From positions 1,504,001-1,568,000 of the forward strand of contig OZ244799.1 of the NCBI GenBank assembly GCA_965219955.1: a DNA stretch of 64,000 bases, read 5' to 3'. The position numbers and the translations under genes were made by a program. The notes beneath the pieces were generated by a model. The model was not told where the DNA came from, did no database searches, and saw only the letters and a list, made by a program, of their open reading frames with translations. This document shows positions 41,066 to 49,798 of the stretch, one piece after another. The DNA is from a bacterium (GTDB lineage Bacteria > UBA8248). Each line of letters starts with the position of its first letter. Position 1 is the first letter of the stretch.

Positions 41066-42058
41066 TCAGCTTTTCAGGCAACCATCGAGAAACTCGAACG
41101 CGCGCTCCTCGGCCCAGTAGACCGGCGAGCGGGGGTCGCTACCCGAGACGAAGCCCACGTGCCCGCCGCTTTTCAGCAACACGCCGCTCAGCCACTCGGA
41201 CTCCCCGATTTCTCGACGGGGAAATACGTGAGGCGGAACGATGGGGTCGTCCTCCGCTGCGAGGATGAGCGTTTTCACCTGAATTTCAGGCAGATAAGGC
41301 GAAGCGTCGGCTTGTTCGTAATAATCCAGTTCGTCCCTGAAGCCATAGAGGGGCGCGATGACGAGGCGGTCGAAATGGTGGAAGGTTCGCGTGCGGCGCA
41401 CCTCGTCGATGTCGATGCGGCCGGGGTGCAGCTCCGAGAAGCGCTCCGCTTTTTCCTTCACGCTGCTCAACAGATGCCATTTGTAGAAATAACCCGGCAA
41501 GGAATCGAGCACCTTCGCGCACGCGGCGGGTTGTAGGCTCGGGGAAATACTGGCGGCCCCGCGTATGCGGTCCGAGACCGTATCGCCGCATTCTCCCAGC
41601 CACTTGAGCAGGACGTTCCCTCCCAGCGAAAAGCCCGCCAGAACGAGCGGCCCGCTGAACCTCTCCAGAATCCGCCCTACCACGAATCCCGGGTCCCCCG
41701 TCTCCCCGCAGTGGTAGAACTTGGGATTGCGGTTCGGCTCGCCGCTGCAGGAGCGGTAGTTCATCGCCAGCGCCCGCCAGCCTAGCGCGCGCGCCCTCGC
41801 CGCCGCCCCGCGCACATAATGGGAATCGGAAGAACCTTCCAGGCCGTGCAGGACGAGCAGCGTCGGGGCGTCAGGTTGACCGGTATCGAGGAAATCGACG
41901 TCCACGAAATCGCCGTCGGGCGTATCCCAACGCTCCCGCCGCCAGGGGATGCGCGGGTGCTTCCTTAAAGAATATCCCCAGGTGCTCTGGAGGTGACGCC
42001 CCCGGCAGAACCAGGCCGGACGATAAGGGGGGGTGGGCGCGGAACCGTCAGGTTTCAT
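41066..42058 (-). CDS. YheT-family alpha/beta hydrolase
   Basis: HLQS, DGDFVDVD, HGLEGSS, YRSCSG, GFSLGGN, EDDP, GGHVGF. Confidence 0.9.
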   Translation of the reverse strand: MKPDGSAPTPPYRPAWFCRGRHLQSTWGYSLRKHPRIPWRRERWDTPDGDFVDVDFLDTGQPDAPTLLVLHGLEGSSDSHYVRGAAARARALGWRALAMNYRSCSGEPNRNPKFYHCGETGDPGFVVGRILERFSGPLVLAGFSLGGNVLLKWLGECGDTVSDRIRGAASISPSLQPAACAKVLDSLPGYFYKWHLLSSVKEKAERFSELHPGRIDIDEVRRTRTFHHFDRLVIAPLYGFRDELDYYEQADASPYLPEIQVKTLILAAEDDPIVPPHVFPRREIGESEWLSGVLLKSGGHVGFVSGSDPRSPVYWAEERAFEFLDGCLKS

Positions 42059-42069
42059 GCCGCGCGTGA

Positions 42070-42632
42070 GGGAGCCGTTGAATCACCCCGATGAACGAGG
42101 ATTTGACGCGAGCGATGAAAGCGCAAGATAGATTCCCCCTTGGGGGTCATTACTTCTCAATGAGAGAGGAAATTTACTCCCCCCTTGAGAGGGCCTGTTG
42201 AGAAACCCTCATCAATCGTGCTCGACACGTAGGGGCGGGCCTCTGTGCCCGCCCGTATGAGGGATGTCTATCCCTATAGTTTCCCCGGACAGGCACGGAG
42301 GCCTGTCCCTACGGTGAACAATCTCGAAGAGCGGAAAGGATTTTCAACAACCCCTCAAGGGGGGAGTGATTGCCGAACTCCGAGATTACCCACCGTCATT
42401 CCGGCGAAAGCCGGAATCCATTTTACGCCTTTTGCTTTTCGTCCAGGTTCCCGCGCATCGGCGGGGAATGAAACGCCGCCGCGTATTCACCCGCGCCCGC
42501 AAATGGATTCCGGTCAATCCCTCCTTTATCGGTCGGGACTGATGCCGGAATGACGAGCAAAAGCGGGTTCGGGGCGCCTTCCCTGATCGGTCGGGTCAAA
42601 TCCTCGTTCATCAACGCTTATTCAACAACCCC
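42070..42632. mobile_element. Nested non-autonomous MITE-like element
   Basis: Outer inverted repeats GATGAACGAGGATTTGAC / GTCAAATCCTCGTTCATC enclose an inner TIR element (42191-42354) with a GTAG-REP doublet and a GTCATTCCGGCGAAAGCCGGAATCCA-type pair. Confidence 0.65.
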
Positions 42633-42648
42633 GTATGCGGAGGCGCGC

Positions 42649-43566
42649 TCAGGCGTCCTGATCGAGGAACGCTCGATAGATATCCTCGCGGTGCGTCGGC
42701 GGGTCGAAGCGGTATTCCTGTTCGTATTTCTGCGCCAGCACCTGGTAGAGACCCAGCGAATTGCAGAAGAACGCGTTCGACGAGCAGACCAGCCAGACGC
42801 GGTAGATCCGGTAGGTGCGCTCACCGACGAGTTCCCTGATGCGCTCGGCGTTCTCTTCGAATTTCTCGTACCAGTGCTTGCAGGTCCGCGCGTAGTGGAG
42901 CCTCAGATTCTCCACGTCCAGAATCTCCCAGCGCGCGAGCTCCATCACGTCCTGGATGTGGGAGATGTTGTCCATCTCCCCGTTGGGAAAGACGTTGCGC
43001 AGCAGGAATTCGTTCTGGCTCGTGGGTTTCCAGAACTTGTTCGTCGTGATCCCGTGGTTCAGGAACAAGCCCCCGTCGCGCAGGCGGTTCCTCACCGAGG
43101 TGAAGTAGCTCATGTAGTTCGCGATGCCGACGTGCTCGATGATGCCGATGGCGGATATCTTGTCGAACGTCCTCGCCTCGGGGAAATCGCGGTAATCCAT
43201 GTGATGGATCTCGCACCTCTCCTCGATACCCTCGCGGCGCGCCCACTCCTGGCCCCATTTGGCCTGCTCGCGCGAGAGCGTGACGGCTGTGGCGTTCACG
43301 CCGTAGTGCTTCGCCGCCCATATCGCCAGCGAACCCCACCCGCAGCCGATATCGAGGTAATCCTCGCCGGGCGAGAGCCTGAGCTTCCGGCAGACCAGGT
43401 CCATCTTGTCGCGCTGCGCCTGGGCGAGATCGCCGCCCGGTTCGCGGTAATAGGCGCACGTGTAGAGCATGTTCTCGCACAGGAACTGCTCATAAAACTC
43501 GTTGGAGAGGTCGTAGTGGTGCGATATCGCCTCTGCGTCGAATTCTTTTGTTCGCTCTTTTACCAT
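42649..43566 (-). CDS. Cyclopropane-fatty-acid-synthase-family SAM methyltransferase (catalytic domain only)
   Basis: HHYDLSNEFY, YTCAY, LDIGCGWG, TLSREQ, EHVG, FPNG, HYARTC. Confidence 0.9.
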   Translation of the reverse strand: MVKERTKEFDAEAISHHYDLSNEFYEQFLCENMLYTCAYYREPGGDLAQAQRDKMDLVCRKLRLSPGEDYLDIGCGWGSLAIWAAKHYGVNATAVTLSREQAKWGQEWARREGIEERCEIHHMDYRDFPEARTFDKISAIGIIEHVGIANYMSYFTSVRNRLRDGGLFLNHGITTNKFWKPTSQNEFLLRNVFPNGEMDNISHIQDVMELARWEILDVENLRLHYARTCKHWYEKFEENAERIRELVGERTYRIYRVWLVCSSNAFFCNSLGLYQVLAQKYEQEYRFDPPTHREDIYRAFLDQDA

Positions 43567-43585
43567 GGCCGCCTCATTGTTTTGT

Positions 43586-44698
43586 TCAACCGATCCCGAA
43601 TGCGCCTTCCAGAACCAGTCGGCGTCTGAGCCATGCGTTGCCGCATATGAACTTCGCCACGCCGAAAAGAACCTTATCGGGAAGACGATCGATCAATTTA
43701 TCGAACAACCCTTCCCCGCCGCCTCCGTATTTCGCATAAAGCGCCTCGCCGTATTCCGCGAGGCCTTTCCCCGTCTCCAGATACTGAACCGCGGCCTCGG
43801 CCGCCATTTTAGCACTATAGACGGCGGGGCCGATGCCCTCCCCGCTGAAATCCTTGGCGAGTCCTGCGGCGTCGCCGATGAGCGCGAAGCCCTCGCCCGC
43901 GGGCCGCCGCACGTGCACCCGGTGCACCGAGTAGGCGTGGCCCCGGAATTTCGTGAGCTCCATCCCGGCGGACAGCCTGCCCGTCTCGCGGAATTTCTCG
44001 AGCAGGATTTCGAGGCGCTCGTGGACGCTCGGCTTCTTGCCGATGCAGCCCACGCCGATGTTCAGAAAATCCCCCTTTGTGAAGTACCACGCATAGCCCT
44101 TGAAGTCGGGCTCGGCGAACAACTCGGGCAAGCCGTAGTTGGGCGCCAGGGCGCGGAGCTTCTCGGCGCCCACGTTCGTCTCGCTCTCCTGCGTCAAGAC
44201 GACCGATTCTTCCGAGGAGACGTCGCCAAACGCCCTCGCGACCGGACAGGTGTGTCCGCCCGCGCCGATGACGACGGGAACATGTATTTTTTCATCACCC
44301 GTATCCACCCTCATCCCGTCTTCCGTCTTCTCCACGCCGCGGACGCGCACGCCCTCGCGGACTTCCGCACCCTCTTCCTGCGCGCGCCTCAGGAGCCAGG
44401 TGTCGAACTGGCTCCTGATGATCCCGTAGCTCGCGGGCTCGCTCCACCTCGTCTCGAGCAGCTTGTCGTCATAGCCCACGAACACGCTCTGGAACGGCTG
44501 TATGGTGTGGGGGTATTCAGCGGGGTCGAGCTTCAGGTCAGCCATCACCTGCTTCGTCACCCAGCCGGCGCAGAGCTTCACGCGCGGGAACGCGGCCGCA
44601 TCGAGCACGAGGACGCGGCGGCCGCGCCTGGCCAGCTCCCAGGCGGCCGTGCTGCCCCCCGGGCCTCCTCCGACGACGATGACTTCGGGCGCGCTCAT
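43586..44698 (-). CDS. Geranylgeranyl-reductase-family FAD oxidoreductase
   Basis: VGGGPGGS, FPRVKLCAG, IRSQFD, GYAWYF, IGDAAG...GEGI. The ATG at 44698 overlaps the upstream stop. Confidence 0.88.
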   Translation of the reverse strand: MSAPEVIVVGGGPGGSTAAWELARRGRRVLVLDAAAFPRVKLCAGWVTKQVMADLKLDPAEYPHTIQPFQSVFVGYDDKLLETRWSEPASYGIIRSQFDTWLLRRAQEEGAEVREGVRVRGVEKTEDGMRVDTGDEKIHVPVVIGAGGHTCPVARAFGDVSSEESVVLTQESETNVGAEKLRALAPNYGLPELFAEPDFKGYAWYFTKGDFLNIGVGCIGKKPSVHERLEILLEKFRETGRLSAGMELTKFRGHAYSVHRVHVRRPAGEGFALIGDAAGLAKDFSGEGIGPAVYSAKMAAEAAVQYLETGKGLAEYGEALYAKYGGGGEGLFDKLIDRLPDKVLFGVAKFICGNAWLRRRLVLEGAFGIG

Positions 44699-45051
44699 TC
44701 CGCGAGTTTCCATATGCGCAGGGCGATCTTGAATTTCTGAATCGTGCCCAATTCGACCGTCTCCATGCTGTCGGCCACCTTCATGACTTCGAACAGGTCG
44801 CCCTCGACGTCGATGACCGAGTCGCAATAGGCTTCGGCGAAGGCGTCGGCGCTGGGGTTCAGCATGACGCGCTTGAAGGCGTCGAGCGAGGGAAACGCCA
44901 CCTCGATGGCCAGCGCCTCGCGGCCCACCGAGAGCGTCGTCCCGTCCCACAGGCGGAAGCTGAGCCCGTAGTCGAGACCGCCGAAGACGTCGCGGAGAAT
45001 CCCGGCGGCCCCCGAAGCGGCGGAGTTGTTTTGCGCGGTAGATGTATCCAT
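44695..45051 (-). CDS. Stand-alone N-terminal domain of a Cfa-type methyltransferase
   Basis: FRLWDG, P...FAEAY...IDVEGDL, typical of the N-terminal part of long Cfa proteins; GGAGG RBS. Confidence 0.7.
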   Translation of the reverse strand: MDTSTAQNNSAASGAAGILRDVFGGLDYGLSFRLWDGTTLSVGREALAIEVAFPSLDAFKRVMLNPSADAFAEAYCDSVIDVEGDLFEVMKVADSMETVELGTIQKFKIALRIWKLAE

Positions 45052-45432
45052 GACTTCATCCTCCTATGCGGTGTCCAAAGGGGATGATCGTTCGACGGGC
45101 GTTCTTTCTTGCGACTCGTTCATGGCCTCGTGCAGCGGGCGAAAACCGAACTCAAAATACAACCTTTCCTCTATTTTGAATAAACGCTCACAGCCCATTC
45201 TGTCAACCCTTTTTTTCGGATGGCTGGCAGGTCCTCCGCCCGAGCGCGCTTCACCCATGGCCGCCACTCCGGCGCATGACGGAATAACGGCAAGCCGGAC
45301 ATCCATTTGCAGGGTCCGCTCACGAACGCGGGCCTTTTCAGAACGACCCCGGCAGGATTATGGCAAATGCAAAATCCCCCGGCTCTCAAAGGGGGATGAC
45401 TGCAAACCGCGCAAGGCCGAATTTCAATACTC

Positions 45433-45461
45433 TTGCAACATTCAGGCGCAGTCCTTATATT
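45433..45461 (+). promoter_or_regulatory. Putative sigma70 promoter of the Idr-like cluster
   Basis: TTGCAA, 17 nt, TATATT. Confidence 0.6.
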
Positions 45462-45621
45462 GGAATTAGGAACACGCTCATAAAGAGCATGCCGACATGG
45501 AAAGGACGCTTCCTTTCCGCGCCGGCGCCCCGCTGATGAGGAGGATGAAAACGACTCGGAACAGTTAATGACAGGGTTGCCGTGAGCCAATACAAGATTT
45601 CGTGGGGGAGTTACCGCAATC

Positions 45622-46362
45622 ATGAGTACATTTATCCTGCCTTTCGTTTTGTCCCTGCTTTTTCTCCTCCTCCCGGACGCTTCCCTGGCGAAGTACAAGG
45701 TCGCGCCCGTCAAAGGCGGCGGCGTCATCACCGGCAAAGTGCGCTTCGAGGGAAAGGTTCCCGCCCCCGTCAAATACATCATCACCAAGGACCAGCACGC
45801 CTGCGGCAAGGGCCAGGTCACCCGCCAGGAGGTGGACGTGAAAGACGGCGCCCTCAGGGGCGTGGTCGTCTATCTCGACAAGGTCAAGAAGGGCAAGGCG
45901 TATCCCAAGGAAATCCAGAGCGCCGTGGTGGACCAGAAGAAGTGCGCCTACGTCCCCTACCTCCAGGTCGTCGCCGAGGGGGGCAAGGTCACCATCCTGA
46001 ACAGCGACGACGCCCACCATAACATCCACACCTACGAGATCATCGGCCGGGCGAAGCGCTCCATGTGGAACATCTCCCAGCCCAAGCAGCGCAAGAAGGT
46101 CGTCCGCCGGGCGAAGGTCCGGCGCAGCCCCATCGTCCGGGTCGAGTGCGACGTGCACAACTGGATGAAGGGCTTTCTCTTCGTGGCCCGGAACCCCTAC
46201 TACGCGCTCGTGGGCGCGGACGGGAGCTTCGAGATCACCGGCGTCCCGCCGGGGAAATACTCGCTGCGGGCGTGGCACCCGGCCCTGGGGGTCAAGAAGA
46301 AGAAGATCGCCGTATCCGCCGGGGGAAAGAAGGCCGCTGCCTTCACGTTTACTTCGAAATAA
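45622..46362 (+). CDS. Exported protein with cupredoxin-like and carboxypeptidase-regulatory-like domains
   Basis: Signal peptide; DQKKCAYVP, HNIH, CDVHNWM, NPYY, VPPGKY.LRAWH. Confidence 0.8.
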   Translation: MSTFILPFVLSLLFLLLPDASLAKYKVAPVKGGGVITGKVRFEGKVPAPVKYIITKDQHACGKGQVTRQEVDVKDGALRGVVVYLDKVKKGKAYPKEIQSAVVDQKKCAYVPYLQVVAEGGKVTILNSDDAHHNIHTYEIIGRAKRSMWNISQPKQRKKVVRRAKVRRSPIVRVECDVHNWMKGFLFVARNPYYALVGADGSFEITGVPPGKYSLRAWHPALGVKKKKIAVSAGGKKAAAFTFTSK

Positions 46363-46395
46363 GACCGGATTTCCGGCCCAGGGGGGCGCAAGGAA

Positions 46396-46914
46396 ATGGG
46401 CATGAGACCGCATACGGAGAAACCACCAAAGAGGCGAGCCGTTCGCTATGCGGCCGTTGGTTTTTCCGTCCTGCTGCTCACGGCGGGGCCCGCGGGCACG
46501 GCCGGCGCTCAAGCCTACAAAAATTCCATGCCGGGGCATTCCGGGGGAGCCGGTATGCGCCACGGACACAAGGGAGACGTGGTTCCCTGCACCCACACCA
46601 TGCCGGCAAAACACGTGAAACCGCCCCCGGGCGCGAGCACCGGGAAGATCGTCATCCAGTCGCCCGCCAACGGTGGCGTCGTCCGCTCCCGCACAGTGAA
46701 GGTCATCTTCGATGTCCGGAACAAGGGGGTCCTGGACGACCACATCCATATCTACCTGGACGGCCGCTGTCAGAACATGATCAGACAGGGGGGGTCCTAT
46801 CACATCAGTGGCCTCAGAGACGGAAAACACACCATCGAATTGCGGCTCGTCACCAGGGAACACGTCGAATACGGGCCAAAGGCCAGGGTTGATATTGTCG
46901 TTCGGCACAAATGA
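46396..46914 (+). CDS. Exported His/Met-rich Ig-like protein
   Basis: Signal peptide, MPGH..MRHGH, IQSPANG, HIHIYLDG, GKHTIEL. Confidence 0.65.
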   Translation: MGMRPHTEKPPKRRAVRYAAVGFSVLLLTAGPAGTAGAQAYKNSMPGHSGGAGMRHGHKGDVVPCTHTMPAKHVKPPPGASTGKIVIQSPANGGVVRSRTVKVIFDVRNKGVLDDHIHIYLDGRCQNMIRQGGSYHISGLRDGKHTIELRLVTREHVEYGPKARVDIVVRHK

Positions 46915-46976
46915 GACGTATGTCCGACAGGGGATAGCGTCATAAGATAGAACAGCCAGCCAGGGAGGTGCGAAGA

Positions 46977-48083
46977 ATGGACTTGTTTCGCGTTGTTCGG
47001 CGCCGGCTACTCTGCGGAATCCTGCTGAGCGCCTGGGTTCTGCTCCCCGCCGCGGGTTGGGGGGCTGCTCTCGCGCCCCTGCCGGCCCCCAAGGCCCAGA
47101 AGCCCGCGCAGGTCGAACTGGGCCGGTACCTGTTCTTCGACCCCCGGATGTCGGGGGACGGAGGGATCAGCTGCGCCACCTGCCACCAGCCCGCGAAGGG
47201 ATGGGGCGACGGGCAGGCGCTCTCGACGGGCTATCCGGGCAGCAAGTATTTCAGGAACGCCCAGACGCTCCTGAACGCCGCCTACAACAAGCGCGTCTTC
47301 TGGGACGGCCGCCTGAGCGGGGCCGACCTGCCCACGCTCGTGCGGGATCACCTGACGGAAGCCCACTTCATGCTGGTGGACGGGCGGCTGTTCCCCGAGC
47401 GCCTCAAGCAGGTGCCCCTGTACGTGAAGAAATTCAAGGAGGTCTACGGCGGGGAGCCTTCCTTCGGCGGCGCGCTCAAGGCCATCGCGGCGTTCCTGCA
47501 CACCATCGCTTCGGAGAACGCACCTTTCGATGCGTACTTGAAAGGCGACAAGAAAGCCCTTTCCGCCGAGGCGCAAAAGGGCTTCGCCCTGTTCAGCGGA
47601 AAGGCCGGTTGCGTTCAGTGCCATAACGGCGCCCTTTTGAGCGACGGCGGGTTCCACGCGCTCGGCGTTCCCGAGAACGAGCAGATATTCAAGGACCCGC
47701 TGCGCCACATCACCTTCCGCCGGTTCAACAAGGTCATCGGCGTCCCGAACTTCATGAACTTAAGAGCCGACCCGGGCCTCTACGTCGTGACCAAACAGGA
47801 GAGCGACCGGGGCAAGTTCCGCACGCCGACGCTGCGCGAAGTCGCGAAGACGGCGCCCTACATGCACAACGGCGCACTCGCCACGCTCGAAGAGGTCGTC
47901 GCCTTTTACGACAAGGGCGGCGGGAGCGGCCCGAACAAAAGCTCGCGGCTCAAGCCGCTGGGGCTTAGTGCGAATGAGAAGAAGGCACTGGTGGAGTTCC
48001 TGAAGAGCCTCTCGGGCCCGGCGGTCTCCGCGGCGGCGCCGAAAATTCCCGATTACGAACTTCGCAAACTCGGCGATAATTGA
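46977..48083 (+). CDS. Diheme cytochrome c peroxidase/MauG family protein (IdrP-like)
   Basis: LFFDPRMS, CATCH, FWDGR, CVQCH, FRTPTLR, TAPYMHNG; GGAGG RBS before ATG 46977. Confidence 0.9.
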   Translation: MDLFRVVRRRLLCGILLSAWVLLPAAGWGAALAPLPAPKAQKPAQVELGRYLFFDPRMSGDGGISCATCHQPAKGWGDGQALSTGYPGSKYFRNAQTLLNAAYNKRVFWDGRLSGADLPTLVRDHLTEAHFMLVDGRLFPERLKQVPLYVKKFKEVYGGEPSFGGALKAIAAFLHTIASENAPFDAYLKGDKKALSAEAQKGFALFSGKAGCVQCHNGALLSDGGFHALGVPENEQIFKDPLRHITFRRFNKVIGVPNFMNLRADPGLYVVTKQESDRGKFRTPTLREVAKTAPYMHNGALATLEEVVAFYDKGGGSGPNKSSRLKPLGLSANEKKALVEFLKSLSGPAVSAAAPKIPDYELRKLGDN

Positions 48084-48093
48084 GGAGACGGCC

Positions 48094-49233
48094 ATGAACG
48101 CGCGAATCAAAAACTGCTTCCTGGGTTCCACGATGGCCGCCTGCTTCATCGCCCTCCTCGTGACGGGAGGAGCAAGCGCGGCCCAGGAGGGGAAATTCCC
48201 CCCGCTGGGACCCTTGCCGCCGGTTCCGGTGCCTGCGGACAACCCCATGTCCGACGCCAAGGTGGAACTCGGCAAGCTGCTCTTCTTCGACGCCCGCCTC
48301 TCGGGCGACGCCAGCACGTCGTGCGCCTCCTGCCACAGCCCCGAGGCCGGCTGGGGAGACGGCGGGGACCTGAGCCGGGGCTACCCGGGCACGCAGCACT
48401 GGCGGAACTCCCAGACGATCCTGAACTCGGCCTATTACGCAAAACTGTTCTGGGCGGGCGAGTCGACGAGTCTCGAAGACCAGGCGAAGAGCGCCGCCAC
48501 GGGCAACGTGGCGGGAAACGGCGACACCATGATGATGGAGGAGCGCCTGCGCCAGATTCCCGAATACGTGAAACGCTTCCGCGAAGTGTTCGGGACCCCC
48601 TGGCCGACCATCGACGACGCCTGGCGGGCCATCTCGGCCTTCGAACGCACGGTGGTGTCCAACGCGAAGGACGTGCCGTTCGACCGCTACATGAAGGGCG
48701 ACAAGAAGGCGCTCCCGGACAGCGCGAAACGCGGGCTGGCTCTCTTCCAGGGAAAGGCGGGGTGCGTCCAGTGCCACAACGGCGCGCTCCTCTCGGATGA
48801 GGACTACCACAACGTCGGCGTCCCGAAGAACCCAGCGTTCGAGGAGGACCCTCTAAGGCAGATAACGCTTCGCTTTCAGCACGTCATCCGCGGCGTCCCC
48901 GAATCCGTCTACCGCAAGGCGGACCGGGACCTGGGGCTCTTCTACACCACCAAGCGCGAAGCCGATAAGGGGAGGTTCCGCACCCCGAGCCTGAGAGAGC
49001 TCAAATACACGGCGCCCTATATGCACAACGGCGCGTTTTTCGAGTTGGATGAGGTCATCGATTTTTACGACGAAGGGGGAGGCGAGGACGCGAACAAGAG
49101 TCCCCTCATCAAGAAACTGGGGCTTTCGGACGAGGAGAAAGAAGACCTGCTGGCCTTCCTGGAATCGCTCTCGAGCGATAAGCCCTTGCTCGTCCGGCCC
49201 CCCGAACTGCCGCCGTACGCGGCCATGCCGTAA
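48094..49233 (+). CDS. Second diheme cytochrome c peroxidase/MauG family protein (IdrP-like)
   Basis: VPADNPMS, CASCH, CVQCH, FRTPSLR, TAPYMHNG; clear paralogue of the upstream gene. Confidence 0.9.
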   Translation: MNARIKNCFLGSTMAACFIALLVTGGASAAQEGKFPPLGPLPPVPVPADNPMSDAKVELGKLLFFDARLSGDASTSCASCHSPEAGWGDGGDLSRGYPGTQHWRNSQTILNSAYYAKLFWAGESTSLEDQAKSAATGNVAGNGDTMMMEERLRQIPEYVKRFREVFGTPWPTIDDAWRAISAFERTVVSNAKDVPFDRYMKGDKKALPDSAKRGLALFQGKAGCVQCHNGALLSDEDYHNVGVPKNPAFEEDPLRQITLRFQHVIRGVPESVYRKADRDLGLFYTTKREADKGRFRTPSLRELKYTAPYMHNGAFFELDEVIDFYDEGGGEDANKSPLIKKLGLSDEEKEDLLAFLESLSSDKPLLVRPPELPPYAAMP

Positions 49234-49243
49234 GGAGGAATCC

Positions 49244-49786
49244 ATGACTCAGGAAGCCAAGGAAACCCGGCCTTGCGTCTCGCGGCGCGCCTTTCTCCTG
49301 GCCGGAGGAACCGCCATGAGCATCGTGCTGGTCCAGGGCATCCCCGGCCTGGCGGGCGCGGCCCTGCAGCGGGCGGAGTATCCCCGCCAAAAAATCGGCA
49401 GGCTCAGCGCCCTCAAGGTCGATGCGCCGCAATACTTCCAGTACCCGTGGAAGGACGTCTTCTCGGGCTGCATGCTGGTCAGGCTGGGCGACCGCGCAGG
49501 CGGCGGCGTCGGCCCCAGGCGGGACGTCGTGGCGTTCAGCACCCTCTGCACACACATGGGCGGCCCCCTCCAGGGCACCTATAACGCGCAGCACAAGGCC
49601 ATCGGCCCGTGTCCCTTTCATCTGACGACCTTCGACCTGATGAAGCACGGCATGGTCGGGGCGGGGCAGGCGACGGAGAGCCTCCCCCAGGTCGTTCTGG
49701 AGACCCGGGGAGACGACATCTACGCGATCGGCATGATGGGGCTGCTGTATGGTTATCACTCGAACCTGGCGCCGGTTCAGCGCTGA
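49244..49786 (+). CDS. idrB: AioB/IdrB-type Rieske small subunit with Tat signal
   Basis: SRRAFLL, GGGVGP..DVVAFS, CTHMG, CPFHLTTFD, GQATESLPQV; AGGAGG RBS. Confidence 0.75.
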   Translation: MTQEAKETRPCVSRRAFLLAGGTAMSIVLVQGIPGLAGAALQRAEYPRQKIGRLSALKVDAPQYFQYPWKDVFSGCMLVRLGDRAGGGVGPRRDVVAFSTLCTHMGGPLQGTYNAQHKAIGPCPFHLTTFDLMKHGMVGAGQATESLPQVVLETRGDDIYAIGMMGLLYGYHSNLAPVQR

Positions 49787-49798
49787 GGAGGAGGCATC

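Noticed and set aside
33284-42632. CRISPR array suggested by recurring 25-35 bp palindromes
   Set aside because: The copies are dispersed, inverted and variable, with no regular repeat-spacer period and no cas genes.
44699-44950. N-terminal extension of the 454-aa reductase ORF
   Set aside because: It overlaps the Cfa N-domain gene; the Rossmann motif begins right after ATG 44698.
45462-45621. Moco riboswitch or hammerhead ribozyme in the leader of the Idr-like cluster (CTGATGAG...GAAA, GGAAAGG hairpin)
   Set aside because: The required stems and conserved elements could not be formed by eye; an Rfam scan would be decisive.
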